Below are positions 19,001-29,567 of a DNA stretch of 64,000 bases, piece by piece. The notes under the pieces are model-generated. The model had not been told where the DNA came from. It searched no databases and was given only the letters and a program-made list of their open reading frames with translations. The stretch comes from Escherichia phage 121Q, in the sequence record NC_025447.1. One strand, written 5' to 3'. Made by a program: the position numbers and the translations under genes. Numbering within the stretch: the stretch's first letter is position 1; each line of letters opens with the position of its first letter.

Positions 19001-22000
19001 TCATTATGAACACTATAATCTGCGTAAAGCATATCATTGAGTTCAACTGTACTGTTTTCACGACCAATCGCTTTCCAATAAATTGAATCGCGTGATTGTG
19101 ATTTAATATACAATGTCCAAATGTTTTCACTATCGGTAACTCTGATAATATCGCCAACTTGGTAGTTTTTAGTATTAGCATCTTCTAAGCTTGACTCTTG
19201 TGTATAAGTCGTGTTACTATCATACCCAACATCATACCAATCAGCATATGACCAGTACTGAGTCATGTCCAATGAAGTTCCCAGTGATTCAACATAATCA
19301 GATTGTTTAATCATTTTATGTTGACCCTCACCTTTGTTCTCTAACGTTATAGTAACAACACTACCCGCGTTTGCTGGACTATTCATTAACTGAATATATC
19401 CATTTTCGTCGAAGTGAATAAAATAAACAGCACTAGAAGTTAATGGATTTGGTAGATATCCACTAGTACTTAAAATAACAGCGTCATTTTCTTTAAATTT
19501 ATCACTTTCAACTGCAATAACTAATTCATTATTGTAAGACAATACACGGAAAGAAACTTCATTCGGATTAACTTCAGTGGTTTTAACATTAAACACATCT
19601 TCCATAACAACACTATTAGTGGTTATGTTTTGTGACCTATAATAATTATTAGCACTTTCTACAAAGTTTCTACGAGCTTCTATAACATTTTGGAACCAAG
19701 TTTTGTTTGAACCTAAACCGTTATCAACATCTGGATATAATAAATTAATCACAGAACCTGATTCAGTTGTTTCTTGACCAATTAGTGAGTTCCACATTGA
19801 ATCCCAAATTAGTGGGTTAAAGTTATAGCTGTCACCTTCTTTACATAGTTGATACTGGTCATGTTTAACAACTTCAGTACTATCCATGTAATAAGAAACA
19901 GTTAAAATACTGGTATCATCATTCACTTTAAATTGCATATTACTAAGAATAAACGAGTTTTCATTGATTGGAGCGAACCAAGGAATGTTTAGCTGTGTTG
20001 GATCTTTAATAATACGAGCAATGTCAGTACATGATTTTGTTCTGGTATGTAGTGGTGGTACATAAATTGTATCACGTACCCAGAAATAGTATTTTGTCAC
20101 ATAACTATCAGTTGAACTATCATATTCCAAAAATGTACTATAATTATCTTCAAGTGCAGTTCCACTTGGTAGATACATAGTATTATTTTTGTTTTTCTTA
20201 GCAACATCTTTACAGTATTTGTCCCAGTTATATGGCTCAACTGGTGAACAAACCCACTCTAACACATCAATTGTACTATGTGGTAATAAACGACCCCAGT
20301 TGTAACGTTTGTATTCATTGGTTGCATCAATATCAACATTACCGTCTGCGTCATAAATTGCACGAGTATAATCCAAATAAAATGCAGTGCTAGTGTTCCA
20401 CCATACTTGACCAACTTTATCAGCACCCCAAGCCTGGATTAACTCTCCATTACTATTATACTGTGCAGGATCAACTGGTGAAGTATATGTTACGTTTTGC
20501 ATAGCCGCACCTGGAATAACACCATTAATTGGGTCATAAACGTTTAGATATAGCTCAGTAATGTTAGTACGTTCATCATATGTCGTTGGACGATCAAATA
20601 AAGTACTTTGTGGTGCTTTAAAACTATATTTCTTGTCAATGTAAGCTTGACGTTCATCAGTACTGGCAAAACGTGATACATAACGATACAAACGTGGACG
20701 TGTATCTGGATCAGTAAATTCAATATCAATAGAAGTGTCAAATGGAACTACCATAACTTTAGGATCAGAACCAGCAGTATAATATTGACTTTCTACTGTT
20801 AAAGTATCTGGCATAAAGTTAGTTTCATCAACAAAATAATAATAATCACCATCTTCAAGTGGTACATTATCAGTTAAAGTTACTTTACAAAATTGTTCAG
20901 CATACACATCGGTATTTTCAATAGGTGTTATAGAAACCATTTGCACATTAGTATCAACCAATTCAAAAATGTTCCACAAACCATTACCGTCTTTAAACAT
21001 CCACACAGATTCAGGATTTTCACCTTTACCATTAGTATAAGTTATGCGGTCATTATATGCAGTACTGAAATCTTTTGTTGTGTACGATACTTCATCCAAT
21101 GTTACTGGACCAATATCTGGAAGTTGGATGTTTTCACTTCTTCCACTACGCATTGGGAATGAGAACTTACCATTTGGACGTGTAATCCAACGAGGATCTT
21201 TACCCTGCTCACCGAAGTATACAATATGATTACCATTACCATTTGAAGTTGCATTTACATCAAAAGAAACCATTTGAGGTTGTTGTTTAAATTGGTCATT
21301 GATTAGTTTAAATTGAAGGTTTTTCTTACCATCAATATTACCATATGTACCAATTTTAAATGCCCATTCTTGTAATGCTTTATATTCATCAGTGTCATAT
21401 GATTTAGAAACACGAAGTACACGTTCTAAAACTTGGTTAGTACCTTTATCGTGAATGAATCCTTTATAGAAATCAACACGACTAACATCACTGCTAATCA
21501 TACGCTGTAGATAATCACGAGATTGATAACCAATCAAATGGTTTGACAACTCTTGTAATTGTACATCACTTACTGGAGTTTCACTATCATAATAATGTTG
21601 GAAATCCGACACTAATTTTTCAAATGATGGTAGTGTTCCAGCTTCCAAGATAATAAATCCAGGAGCTTGTAGGCGACCAGTCCATGAACCAGTAATATAT
21701 CCATACATTTTAATTAGTTCTTGAATAGAACCATATGTTGGCTGATAAATGTAATCACCAAAAATAGTTTTATCATCAAAAATAACAGCATGTTCATATG
21801 AACACAAACTTAAACGAATCAATGCAATGCGTTTATTAGATTCTAAAGTTCTAACAGTGAAGATATTTCCAATACGAGAAGTTTCAATTTCATATTGGCG
21901 AATACCTTGGTTATTATCATCAAGTAATGACCATACACCACCATTATTTTGCGTAATAGATTGTACTGAACCAAAGTCTGCCCCAAATTTAGCGTTTGCA

Positions 22001-25000
22001 GCACTTGGGGTACAAGAAATAAATTCACCAGTTACTAGAGAATTCTGACTCCAGATCACGAAATCTTTAGCAATAGTGTTCCAATCTTGTTGAGCACCAC
22101 TATCATTTACATCTTCAAAAATCCAACCATGTTCTTTAAGATATTCACCATATCCACAAATAAAAGTATAAACTTCTTGGTAACTATTGAAAACTTTACC
22201 ATATTCAATTGAAGCTTCAGACTTCCATTCATTATAATGAACAACATTACGGTTTTCCAATTTAAGAGTTACTTTTCTACCATTTTTTACGGGAAGTTTA
22301 TATTTAAATTTAGCACCAACTAGATCATATCCATCAATCTGATATGCACTACCATTCCAAGTAATTTTGATCGCACTCATTTGCTCATCACGGATATTAT
22401 TAGAACGAACAAGACCAATGGTTTGGTTTTCTTGTGAAATAAGACCGAAAGATTTAGCATTGAATGTTAGCTGATCTGCTTTAGTAAATCCTCCAATTTT
22501 ATGACCAACATTTATATAAGAAGAACGAACTACATCCCCATACTTGGTGGTAATATTTTTATTTTGATACATCAAATGGTCACTTACAAACATTTGATAA
22601 CCAATTGTTCTTGTGCTATTTTCACCATGAACTACTGTATTTTTATCAAAATTAATACGCTTACGTGTATCACCATAAAGGAATTGTGAACCATCAGTGA
22701 ATACTTCTTTTAAGTTATCATTGCGGGTATCCCAGAAATAGTTAGCAAATTGTGCTGGTTTAGCTTTATACAAAAGCATCATTTGGTCATATGCAAACAA
22801 TGTAGTGTTCATGTATGTAAATTCCATGTCACCCATATCACCATATGTCCAAGGTTCTGCTCTATGATTTAAAGATCCAGACACTAAACCTAAAATTTCA
22901 GGTGCAATATATTCAACCACACAAATATCAATACCAGAAGATGTTTTATTTCCAGTTTTTGTAATTTTGAATGGCTGTACACCAAATCTTTTATATTTGT
23001 CATATTGACCACGACGATCACCAAATAAAATAGTTCCAGTACTGCTATCGCCAATAGTTCCGTCAATATCCCAAAGACCACTAGGAACTAAATCACCTTG
23101 CTCATTCATAACAAGTGCTTCATATACATATACAACATCACTATCACGTTCACCAACTTGAACAGCCGTTGGTTCGTATTCTTGGTTCCACCAAGTTGGA
23201 CGTTGTGTAAAGCCAAACATTTCCCACGGATGGGTAGCTGGGCGATATGTACCATATTGGTCAGTGTAAATGGCACGCCATGAACCACGTGCAGGAATTT
23301 CAGTACTTTGACCATTAACTACATAATAAGTGCCAGTATAGTTCCAAGTTCTCCAATTGTTAGGATCATAATCATGTGTACTATTACTGATACCATTAGT
23401 TGCGGTGAAGTTAATGTATCCACGTAGTAATAATGTTTGTTTCTCTTCAGCACTATATTCAGTTTTAGTGAAATATGGTGTAGGGAAAAGGTCATCACTA
23501 TTCAATACTGGTACGTAATCAACATCTTTGAATTTATTATCAATACTATTAAAAATTCTATTTTCTAATTCATATACAACATCATCCATTTTATCAACAC
23601 CATTGATAACACGGTATGCTTTGGAAATAATACCAGTATGACTGATGTTATAACAGCTTGGTTTACTACCAGCAGTGAGGAATGTCGCTTTTTCTGGTAC
23701 ATATGCTTGAAGAATACCTAAGAACTGTGGTGTTGGTGGTATAAATGCACGAATGAATCCAGAAGTACTTCCAACATTATCATAATAGAATGGGAATGAA
23801 CTATCACGTCCCATATTAATAGTAGTTAAAATTGCATCAACAATGTTTGCAGCACTATTTTGTAAAAAGTCTGATGGATTTTCATCATACATACGAAGCA
23901 TTTGTGTATTAAATTTATTAATGAATCTAAAATATTCAGATTGCATAAACATAGTTGCTTCAAATAAATCAATATCTTCATTTGCAGTATGTGCCATCAA
24001 TGGAAGCATAGATGCTTCATTTTGGATAATTTTAGTACCTACGCCATTATTAACCAATCCTTTAGCCAAACGTTCTTCATAGTCATTGAAATCATCAGAA
24101 GAACCACGTGTAATGTTCTTTTGAATAATATCCTGAAAATGTAAAGTGTAGTCACCTTGGTTAATGTATATAATATTGGAATTGTATGGGTTATTTTGTA
24201 AGTTAATTGGAACTTCATATGCACCTAATTCTTTATTAGGAGTTACAGTACTGCTATAAGTTCTAATTTGAATAACTGAATCTTCATCCAAATCTACAGT
24301 GCTATCTAAGGTGATACTTTGAACTTGACCTTTTGATACATTTTTGGTATATTTTGATACATCAACACCATCAACAACAACTTCAATTATGTCAGAATCA
24401 TTATCTAAAACTTTTTGTGCTAATTCGAATGTGTGGTCATATTTTACAATCTGAACACCATCACCAGTGATTGGATGCCAGTCTAGATAAGTTTCGCGGT
24501 CTGCTTTATAGTACTGATAGGTTCTATCAACTTCAATAACATATGCATACATACCATCAACTGGTTCTTTAAAAACTTCCATATCATAAACAGTACTGAA
24601 TACACGATACATATCAGTACGTTTGACTTGTGGAGTTTGTTTTACAAATTGTTTAGAGTACTCTTCTGAACGAACCCAATCGGTTTGAAGATTCATTTCA
24701 TTATTTTCATCAATAATGTTATAATAGTATAAACCATCAATTTCAACTTCTTTTCCAAGATGGTCATAGGTATAACGTTGGGATTGTAAAAAGTTTTCAT
24801 AAATGTAATAATTATAATCACCAAGTTCAATGTTATATCCATATACACTATCAGTTGCATAGTTGTAATTTATTTTAAAACCAAACAACTCTGAACCTTT
24901 AAAGTTACTGGATGGATATGTAGTACTGTTGTCAAGTTTGATACCATTACGATCATAAAGTTGGAATTTAGGGAATATGTTAACACTAGTTTTTGATTGT

Positions 25001-26052
25001 GCACGAACCCACAAAGAACCATTCCAGTACATAGAACTGTTACCATACTCATTACCTTTGGTGATTAGAACAACATCACCATCTTGAGGTTCACCACTTG
25101 GGCGTGATTCGGTTTCTTCTTCTGGATCTAATGCCAAACCATAAACACGAGTACCATCCTGCATTTTTTTGACATATACATTATAAATTCTATTATTTTC
25201 ACCATTGTTACCAATACTGGTGAATAGAATACGCATACCATCTTGTGGAATAATACCATCAATACGGATGCCACTATTAATATCTTTTTGTACGATATCT
25301 TCAGGTTTGATTATATCTGAGAATAGATCGACAGTTCCACGGAATTTTGTACCGTAGTTAATTAGTTCAATATTTTTATTATATTCGATAATTGGAGCAC
25401 GGGCACGAATAAAGCGAGAATCTTGCATTAATTCTTCAGTTAAAATTGAACCATCTTCTAAAGTTTCACCTAAAGTATACCAAAAGTTTTGTAGTGACCA
25501 TGTATTACCATTAAGTGCACCACGTTCCATTACAATGTAATCAGGTGAAGTAATATTATAAGAGTTTTTAGTATCCCAAAGATATGAGCTAAAATTGTTC
25601 ATTTTATTTGGGTTAATAGCTGGAGTCCATGCATAAAACTTACCGTTGAACAAACGGCTTTCATTATCGGTTAGTGCTCCATAATGATTCATGTATCCAA
25701 CTAGATCATCATAAAATTGAATTGAACGAATTGTCGAATCATCATTTTTTGAGACGTAAGCAGTGGACAACTGATAAAGTTGACGTGCTACAGTACTTTC
25801 ATGTAAGAAGATATTACCAGCAGCGGCAGGAGAACCCATATCACCAATATAGCCGTCAACTAATTCGTTTTCAGCCGGATTAAACCATTGTTGAATAACA
25901 TCATCACTGACTTTTTGAATATCTTCTAAGCCTTGCATCCACTCAGGCAATCTTTTAATAAAAAGCTTCTTCTGTACTGCTTCAGCCATCTGTGTAGGTT
26001 GAAACTTAAAATTATTAGTCATTTTTGGACTCCATATAATTCGTTCATTCAT
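16051..26052 (-). CDS. Giant virion structural protein (3333 aa), probably baseplate or fiber associated
   Basis: Uninterrupted 10-kb ORF directly downstream of the gpJ/gp6-like gene in the same operon; no enzymatic motif recognised. Start is ambiguous: ATG at 26052 has no Shine-Dalgarno, the in-frame ATG at 26022 has GGAG upstream. Confidence 0.6.
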   Translation of the reverse strand: MNERIIWSPKMTNNFKFQPTQMAEAVQKKLFIKRLPEWMQGLEDIQKVSDDVIQQWFNPAENELVDGYIGDMGSPAAAGNIFLHESTVARQLYQLSTAYVSKNDDSTIRSIQFYDDLVGYMNHYGALTDNESRLFNGKFYAWTPAINPNKMNNFSSYLWDTKNSYNITSPDYIVMERGALNGNTWSLQNFWYTLGETLEDGSILTEELMQDSRFIRARAPIIEYNKNIELINYGTKFRGTVDLFSDIIKPEDIVQKDINSGIRIDGIIPQDGMRILFTSIGNNGENNRIYNVYVKKMQDGTRVYGLALDPEEETESRPSGEPQDGDVVLITKGNEYGNSSMYWNGSLWVRAQSKTSVNIFPKFQLYDRNGIKLDNSTTYPSSNFKGSELFGFKINYNYATDSVYGYNIELGDYNYYIYENFLQSQRYTYDHLGKEVEIDGLYYYNIIDENNEMNLQTDWVRSEEYSKQFVKQTPQVKRTDMYRVFSTVYDMEVFKEPVDGMYAYVIEVDRTYQYYKADRETYLDWHPITGDGVQIVKYDHTFELAQKVLDNDSDIIEVVVDGVDVSKYTKNVSKGQVQSITLDSTVDLDEDSVIQIRTYSSTVTPNKELGAYEVPINLQNNPYNSNIIYINQGDYTLHFQDIIQKNITRGSSDDFNDYEERLAKGLVNNGVGTKIIQNEASMLPLMAHTANEDIDLFEATMFMQSEYFRFINKFNTQMLRMYDENPSDFLQNSAANIVDAILTTINMGRDSSFPFYYDNVGSTSGFIRAFIPPTPQFLGILQAYVPEKATFLTAGSKPSCYNISHTGIISKAYRVINGVDKMDDVVYELENRIFNSIDNKFKDVDYVPVLNSDDLFPTPYFTKTEYSAEEKQTLLLRGYINFTATNGISNSTHDYDPNNWRTWNYTGTYYVVNGQSTEIPARGSWRAIYTDQYGTYRPATHPWEMFGFTQRPTWWNQEYEPTAVQVGERDSDVVYVYEALVMNEQGDLVPSGLWDIDGTIGDSSTGTILFGDRRGQYDKYKRFGVQPFKITKTGNKTSSGIDICVVEYIAPEILGLVSGSLNHRAEPWTYGDMGDMEFTYMNTTLFAYDQMMLLYKAKPAQFANYFWDTRNDNLKEVFTDGSQFLYGDTRKRINFDKNTVVHGENSTRTIGYQMFVSDHLMYQNKNITTKYGDVVRSSYINVGHKIGGFTKADQLTFNAKSFGLISQENQTIGLVRSNNIRDEQMSAIKITWNGSAYQIDGYDLVGAKFKYKLPVKNGRKVTLKLENRNVVHYNEWKSEASIEYGKVFNSYQEVYTFICGYGEYLKEHGWIFEDVNDSGAQQDWNTIAKDFVIWSQNSLVTGEFISCTPSAANAKFGADFGSVQSITQNNGGVWSLLDDNNQGIRQYEIETSRIGNIFTVRTLESNKRIALIRLSLCSYEHAVIFDDKTIFGDYIYQPTYGSIQELIKMYGYITGSWTGRLQAPGFIILEAGTLPSFEKLVSDFQHYYDSETPVSDVQLQELSNHLIGYQSRDYLQRMISSDVSRVDFYKGFIHDKGTNQVLERVLRVSKSYDTDEYKALQEWAFKIGTYGNIDGKKNLQFKLINDQFKQQPQMVSFDVNATSNGNGNHIVYFGEQGKDPRWITRPNGKFSFPMRSGRSENIQLPDIGPVTLDEVSYTTKDFSTAYNDRITYTNGKGENPESVWMFKDGNGLWNIFELVDTNVQMVSITPIENTDVYAEQFCKVTLTDNVPLEDGDYYYFVDETNFMPDTLTVESQYYTAGSDPKVMVVPFDTSIDIEFTDPDTRPRLYRYVSRFASTDERQAYIDKKYSFKAPQSTLFDRPTTYDERTNITELYLNVYDPINGVIPGAAMQNVTYTSPVDPAQYNSNGELIQAWGADKVGQVWWNTSTAFYLDYTRAIYDADGNVDIDATNEYKRYNWGRLLPHSTIDVLEWVCSPVEPYNWDKYCKDVAKKNKNNTMYLPSGTALEDNYSTFLEYDSSTDSYVTKYYFWVRDTIYVPPLHTRTKSCTDIARIIKDPTQLNIPWFAPINENSFILSNMQFKVNDDTSILTVSYYMDSTEVVKHDQYQLCKEGDSYNFNPLIWDSMWNSLIGQETTESGSVINLLYPDVDNGLGSNKTWFQNVIEARRNFVESANNYYRSQNITTNSVVMEDVFNVKTTEVNPNEVSFRVLSYNNELVIAVESDKFKENDAVILSTSGYLPNPLTSSAVYFIHFDENGYIQLMNSPANAGSVVTITLENKGEGQHKMIKQSDYVESLGTSLDMTQYWSYADWYDVGYDSNTTYTQESSLEDANTKNYQVGDIIRVTDSENIWTLYIKSQSRDSIYWKAIGRENSTVELNDMLYADYSVHNDNGSLSNREINVRKALALLKNSFDLHQSEIVFDMVKYVHVEQSVVDWVFKTSYIYIVGLEQSLVQNYSNDNLINQIVEYFEEVKPYRTKIRSQIEQKTSDDDLIKGLCNDLDPNGYIFVDGSWIKTEKDIWDYEYAQFNEITQKWEQVGSLPSDFVTPNRRFQEIDIIMHYDNIQCKPNEDLASINELVSVNNKYQSNEKDAVSNYELQRYIYSFPEYSEETFDLLIAYQMQIYYPELDVTLGTAYGVNQWYKDHAEDLEATDEFTATLERVYKESTHNDMFTDLRQYVQYNTLANRLKLYKDISDEKIHDEVGCGFSGLTYNDNPSTRLPLGFSSSNDYNYGYFEISSELYQKYISLIKDKNPDASDYEVKVKLEVEYGVYVYRYDEVGGDTRFYTDAIHVLAGMRGLFDKDATDKYEKAEEILSKTPIDIYAITMIPRKYVYLNVNGVYQSIPDEQSIDDFMEDYFITNGEMVELAEINLDDLPLDQNNPMYSDYQYILDSITEAKYFNDMNAFDNLALESQTSSIKWEVKDDEVDPYIVDISDINPSGRDVGQIRFTVDGYGFDNVSLVQLRDNSRYQTEGMAIINPYKHTEAIVSIPSYAKIENDINKTTSKFDEKYFYRVRSINSLTEAEIVDNDLSDGDKVMIFTPDGEDFVRYQNHTWETILRVSNIKNNTTPILFTVRNTGKETIELIDESTGAVLRYDNITLAQQNEPVQPLALNIVRVRTFADPEFVKNGIKLYEQNRNYTIDVINYDVFYDTTLNGGKYNDGITPDDVDVWIISNEIFDVDGITIDNGYNLPITGAGVLSELARTKMTDSLEINVIEYDSSVIQPFRNNEGIWVYGFPMVDGMYIGVVGGTVTNITTISEENTTYVSQPKSISPYSIRNNVLSGSAANMNDIISIGYEKVEVRNANNLLRGVMYSAEHDFKLNTTYSFNGINLGNYDMLKRYTQNSYTIDLSVYTDSLQVSGNDIKNILLVK

Positions 26053-26070
26053 TTGATTTATTTATGATAT

Positions 26071-26094
26071 AAAAAAGGCGTTCCGAAGAACGCC
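26071..26094 (-). terminator. Intra-operon terminator or attenuator hairpin
   Basis: Minus strand reads GGCGTTC-TTCG-GAACGCC followed by TTTTTT, between the stop of the 1153-aa gene and the giant gene start. Confidence 0.5.
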
Positions 26095-26101
26095 CGTTAT
26101 A

Positions 26102-29100
26102 TTAAGAACCGATATTAATATTACTTTTAGCTAGTGAGTTAACAATTTGAACATTTTCAACAGATGCAGTACTCAAAAATATTTGGTCTGAACGTGAAGG
26201 GATTTCAAATAGAGAACCAAATTTTGAATTTGGATTTTGTGCAACTATAACAATAGTACTAATATGTCTACCTAACTGTGAGTGTATGTAAGTACACAAA
26301 TCAGTATAATAGAAACTTTCACCGAAATCCCAGTTATCAACATTGAAGTATTCATTAGTTAATGCTATGACATTTTGACGAATTTCATCATCACTCATTG
26401 TGCTGTTTGGTAATTTCACTACTTTAAAATCAGCTTTGTAATCTTCAGCAGCACTGTTTCCAAATAAAGGTAAGTACTCAGCACTATGCCAAATGATACT
26501 ATCACTAATGACTATTTTTTGTTCAACATCTTTGAACATATCTTTTAATTCAACCGATGTTGGTGGTTTAGGAATACTACCAACAGCATTATTTTTCAAC
26601 CAAACGTCAACTTCAGTTTTATATGAATTGGTTAATACATACATATCAATTAAGTTTGTTCTACTAGGATCAATGCGATTGTCGTCAGGTGCATAGTGTT
26701 TCCAATGGAAGTCTATACTAGTACGTGCATTAGTTTTAACAGTGTACTGTGAAGTAACATCTTTGTATCCATAATAATCTAGCTTCTGATTCTCGTCAGC
26801 ATTAGTTCCCATGTTATTAATTGCACGATAAAAAGCCAATTCAGGACTAACAGTGCCAGTATCATCGGAATAAGTTAAATTACTAATTAGTTGTCCCAAA
26901 CGATCATTGTTATTGCCAACTGTTTGTTCAATAAAATAATATTTACCATCATAGTTAAAACCAACTAAAAATCCAGAACCTTTACTATATAATCCACTCA
27001 ATGTGGTTGAACGAATTGCGTTATTTCTAACAAATTCAGTTCTTTTATATGCATTCGGCTCTGCCAAAGCTTGTTCCATTGTATAAGACCACGATGAATC
27101 AAGAAGTGTGAAGGTATCATTTGGTAACGACAGTACTGATATAGTGAAATCACTATTTTCCTGAAATACCAAAATACCACCATATTTTAATGCATCGGTT
27201 CCAGTCCAAGTAGGAACAATTTCTTTAAATTGGTTTGGTTCCAATGGTATACCATTACTATCTACTTTCCTAGATGTAACAATAACACGAGAACCATCTA
27301 GATAGCCATTCTCTTGTTGAATTGTGTCATAAATTTGAAAATCTATATTACTTGTCAATCCTGAATTACTACTACTAGTAGTGTTAGATGATAAAATTTC
27401 AATCTTATCACTTTGAACTGTACCAGTACTTATATCAGTAATTTTTTTAGATGATACAAAGTAAAATCTTACTTTTTCTCCACCCACAAAAATATATTCA
27501 ATACCGTTAGCATCAAATTCCCAAGTTTCTGCTGTATATTTTACATTTATTATAATTAAAACTTCATTACCATTATACACAATAGTATCGTCATTAGTAC
27601 TTGCTTCGATTGGAACCCATGAAGTTGTTTCTTTATCATGTACAATTACAAAATCGGTTTTTTTATCCAACATAGCAGAAATAGACTGAACTTCAACTGT
27701 GTTAAATCTAGTTCTATATGGTAATATGTACTCTATTGCTTGCATTCCACTAGGAACAGATGTGCTTAGTACATAAAAACCATTATCTAACACACTTACA
27801 ACACTTGCCCATATCGTAGTACCAGAATTAGAAAATTTAATAAGAGTACCTACCTGATACGAACCATACACTGTTCCAGACGAACCCAAAATTCTGCCAT
27901 ATGTATTGGTTGTGTAATTTGAATTGTACACTGGAGTCCATGCTTGTTGTATTTCAATACCAATTGTATTGGATGGATACGCTTGGTAACGTTGTATTAC
28001 TGCATTTTCCCCAATCAATGGTTGAATATTGTCAATAACAATACTAGCATTTGTTTTTGTAGTTGGGAGCAATAACGATCTATTAAATTGCGTGTTTTCT
28101 TGATATAATGCACCATCATCACTAAAAACGTCGGTATTCTGATACTTACCAGTAGGATCATTGATATCAATGAACCTTGATTGACCACTATAAATTCTAT
28201 TAATAGCTTTAGATTTAAGTACTGTATTTCCTAAACTAAGTGGTGCTATATTATAATCTTCACCATTGACAAAACGGTTTTGGGTATAGTACATTTGTGG
28301 TGCACGTGCTTTAATCTGCTCAATAGTTTCAGCACTTTGTGCACGGTCGGATTCATATTGTAATGAAAAACGTATATCCAATGTACTAGATTCATAACTT
28401 GACTGTGTTTTTGTACGATATGTATATTTTACGCTTTTGTTTTGAATTTCAGAAGTTTTAATGTTATATGTTTTACCATTACTAACACGATACCATACAC
28501 GGAACGTCCCACGGGGAACAACACCACTTCTTGAGTCTGGGTACTTAATTGTTATTTGGTCTTTATCACGAGTAGTAACAGCAAAAATTGTTTTTAATTG
28601 ACGATTAACAGTGTTATATGCAATACTTTCCATTGATGGAACTTTTGTCCATTTGGTACGAACAATACCATCTTCATTTATTTCTTGAACCCATACATCA
28701 GTTTCGTTGATATTATCAACGTTAATATCTTGTATACGGTTCTCTTCACGGATAGCATATTGATAATCTTGATATGTTAATGTACCTTGTACGAAATATA
28801 CAAAAAACCCAGTATTTGGTGAGCTAAATCCATTACCATCATTTTGATAAACAATATATTTTTGCTCTTGTGGTTCTGGATGTCGTTCTTCAACACCAAC
28901 AGACGTAATATCAGGATTCACTACTTCAAATGTCATAGATTCACCATTGACAGTTGCAATAAATGGAATACTGGGTGCTGTCATTGGGATGGTGTTCATT
29001 CGATATAGTTGACGGGAGACACCATTAACATCAATACGCTTGACTGGATTACCAAATTGGTTAGTACTGACAAATGAACTGTTCATTACTAGAATAAAGT

Positions 29101-29563
29101 TTTCATACCAGTTAGCATCCATCGGGTCATTCCAACGAATAATTTTATCTTTTAATGATTCATTAAAACTATTACGAACATCTTGGTTTGTTTTAATTTC
29201 GGTTAATTTAGCAACTGCACGACCTGGATATGAGCGGCGTGGTGAGTAAGAAATCATTTTAGCTAGTTTTAGTACTGACGCACGACGAGTTGCAGTATCT
29301 AAAAAGTTTTCACGCGTGTTCAAATCCATACGAAATGCCAAGTTTTGTCCTAGCATAGAAATCGTATCTAAAATAAAAATAAACTGGTCGTTTTCGATCC
29401 AGTCGTTAAATGAATCTGGGTAAGTTGCACGTAGATAATCAATCATACTCTGACGGATAGTGTCGAAGTCATAAGCTGTTAGATTGATTTTATAAAAACT
29501 TTCATATACTTGAGTCCAATCCTCACCACTATATAAATTAGACTGTCTTTTTTGTTGTGACAT
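26102..29563 (-). CDS. Baseplate wedge protein, gpJ/gp6-like N-terminus
   Basis: 1153 aa; N-terminal region (DFDTIRQSMIDYLRATYPDSF...ATRRASVLKLAKMISYSPRRSYPGRA) resembles the baseplate J family as I recall it; position after the gp25-like gene matches the usual spike-W-J order. Confidence 0.5.
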   Translation of the reverse strand: MSQQKRQSNLYSGEDWTQVYESFYKINLTAYDFDTIRQSMIDYLRATYPDSFNDWIENDQFIFILDTISMLGQNLAFRMDLNTRENFLDTATRRASVLKLAKMISYSPRRSYPGRAVAKLTEIKTNQDVRNSFNESLKDKIIRWNDPMDANWYENFILVMNSSFVSTNQFGNPVKRIDVNGVSRQLYRMNTIPMTAPSIPFIATVNGESMTFEVVNPDITSVGVEERHPEPQEQKYIVYQNDGNGFSSPNTGFFVYFVQGTLTYQDYQYAIREENRIQDINVDNINETDVWVQEINEDGIVRTKWTKVPSMESIAYNTVNRQLKTIFAVTTRDKDQITIKYPDSRSGVVPRGTFRVWYRVSNGKTYNIKTSEIQNKSVKYTYRTKTQSSYESSTLDIRFSLQYESDRAQSAETIEQIKARAPQMYYTQNRFVNGEDYNIAPLSLGNTVLKSKAINRIYSGQSRFIDINDPTGKYQNTDVFSDDGALYQENTQFNRSLLLPTTKTNASIVIDNIQPLIGENAVIQRYQAYPSNTIGIEIQQAWTPVYNSNYTTNTYGRILGSSGTVYGSYQVGTLIKFSNSGTTIWASVVSVLDNGFYVLSTSVPSGMQAIEYILPYRTRFNTVEVQSISAMLDKKTDFVIVHDKETTSWVPIEASTNDDTIVYNGNEVLIIINVKYTAETWEFDANGIEYIFVGGEKVRFYFVSSKKITDISTGTVQSDKIEILSSNTTSSSNSGLTSNIDFQIYDTIQQENGYLDGSRVIVTSRKVDSNGIPLEPNQFKEIVPTWTGTDALKYGGILVFQENSDFTISVLSLPNDTFTLLDSSWSYTMEQALAEPNAYKRTEFVRNNAIRSTTLSGLYSKGSGFLVGFNYDGKYYFIEQTVGNNNDRLGQLISNLTYSDDTGTVSPELAFYRAINNMGTNADENQKLDYYGYKDVTSQYTVKTNARTSIDFHWKHYAPDDNRIDPSRTNLIDMYVLTNSYKTEVDVWLKNNAVGSIPKPPTSVELKDMFKDVEQKIVISDSIIWHSAEYLPLFGNSAAEDYKADFKVVKLPNSTMSDDEIRQNVIALTNEYFNVDNWDFGESFYYTDLCTYIHSQLGRHISTIVIVAQNPNSKFGSLFEIPSRSDQIFLSTASVENVQIVNSLAKSNINIGS

Positions 29564-29567
29564 TATT

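Noticed and set aside
18987-25883. Short ORFs of 60-90 aa on both strands inside the giant gene
   Set aside because: All lie within the 10-kb minus-strand ORF, which is the only frame continuously open; expected background in AT-rich DNA.
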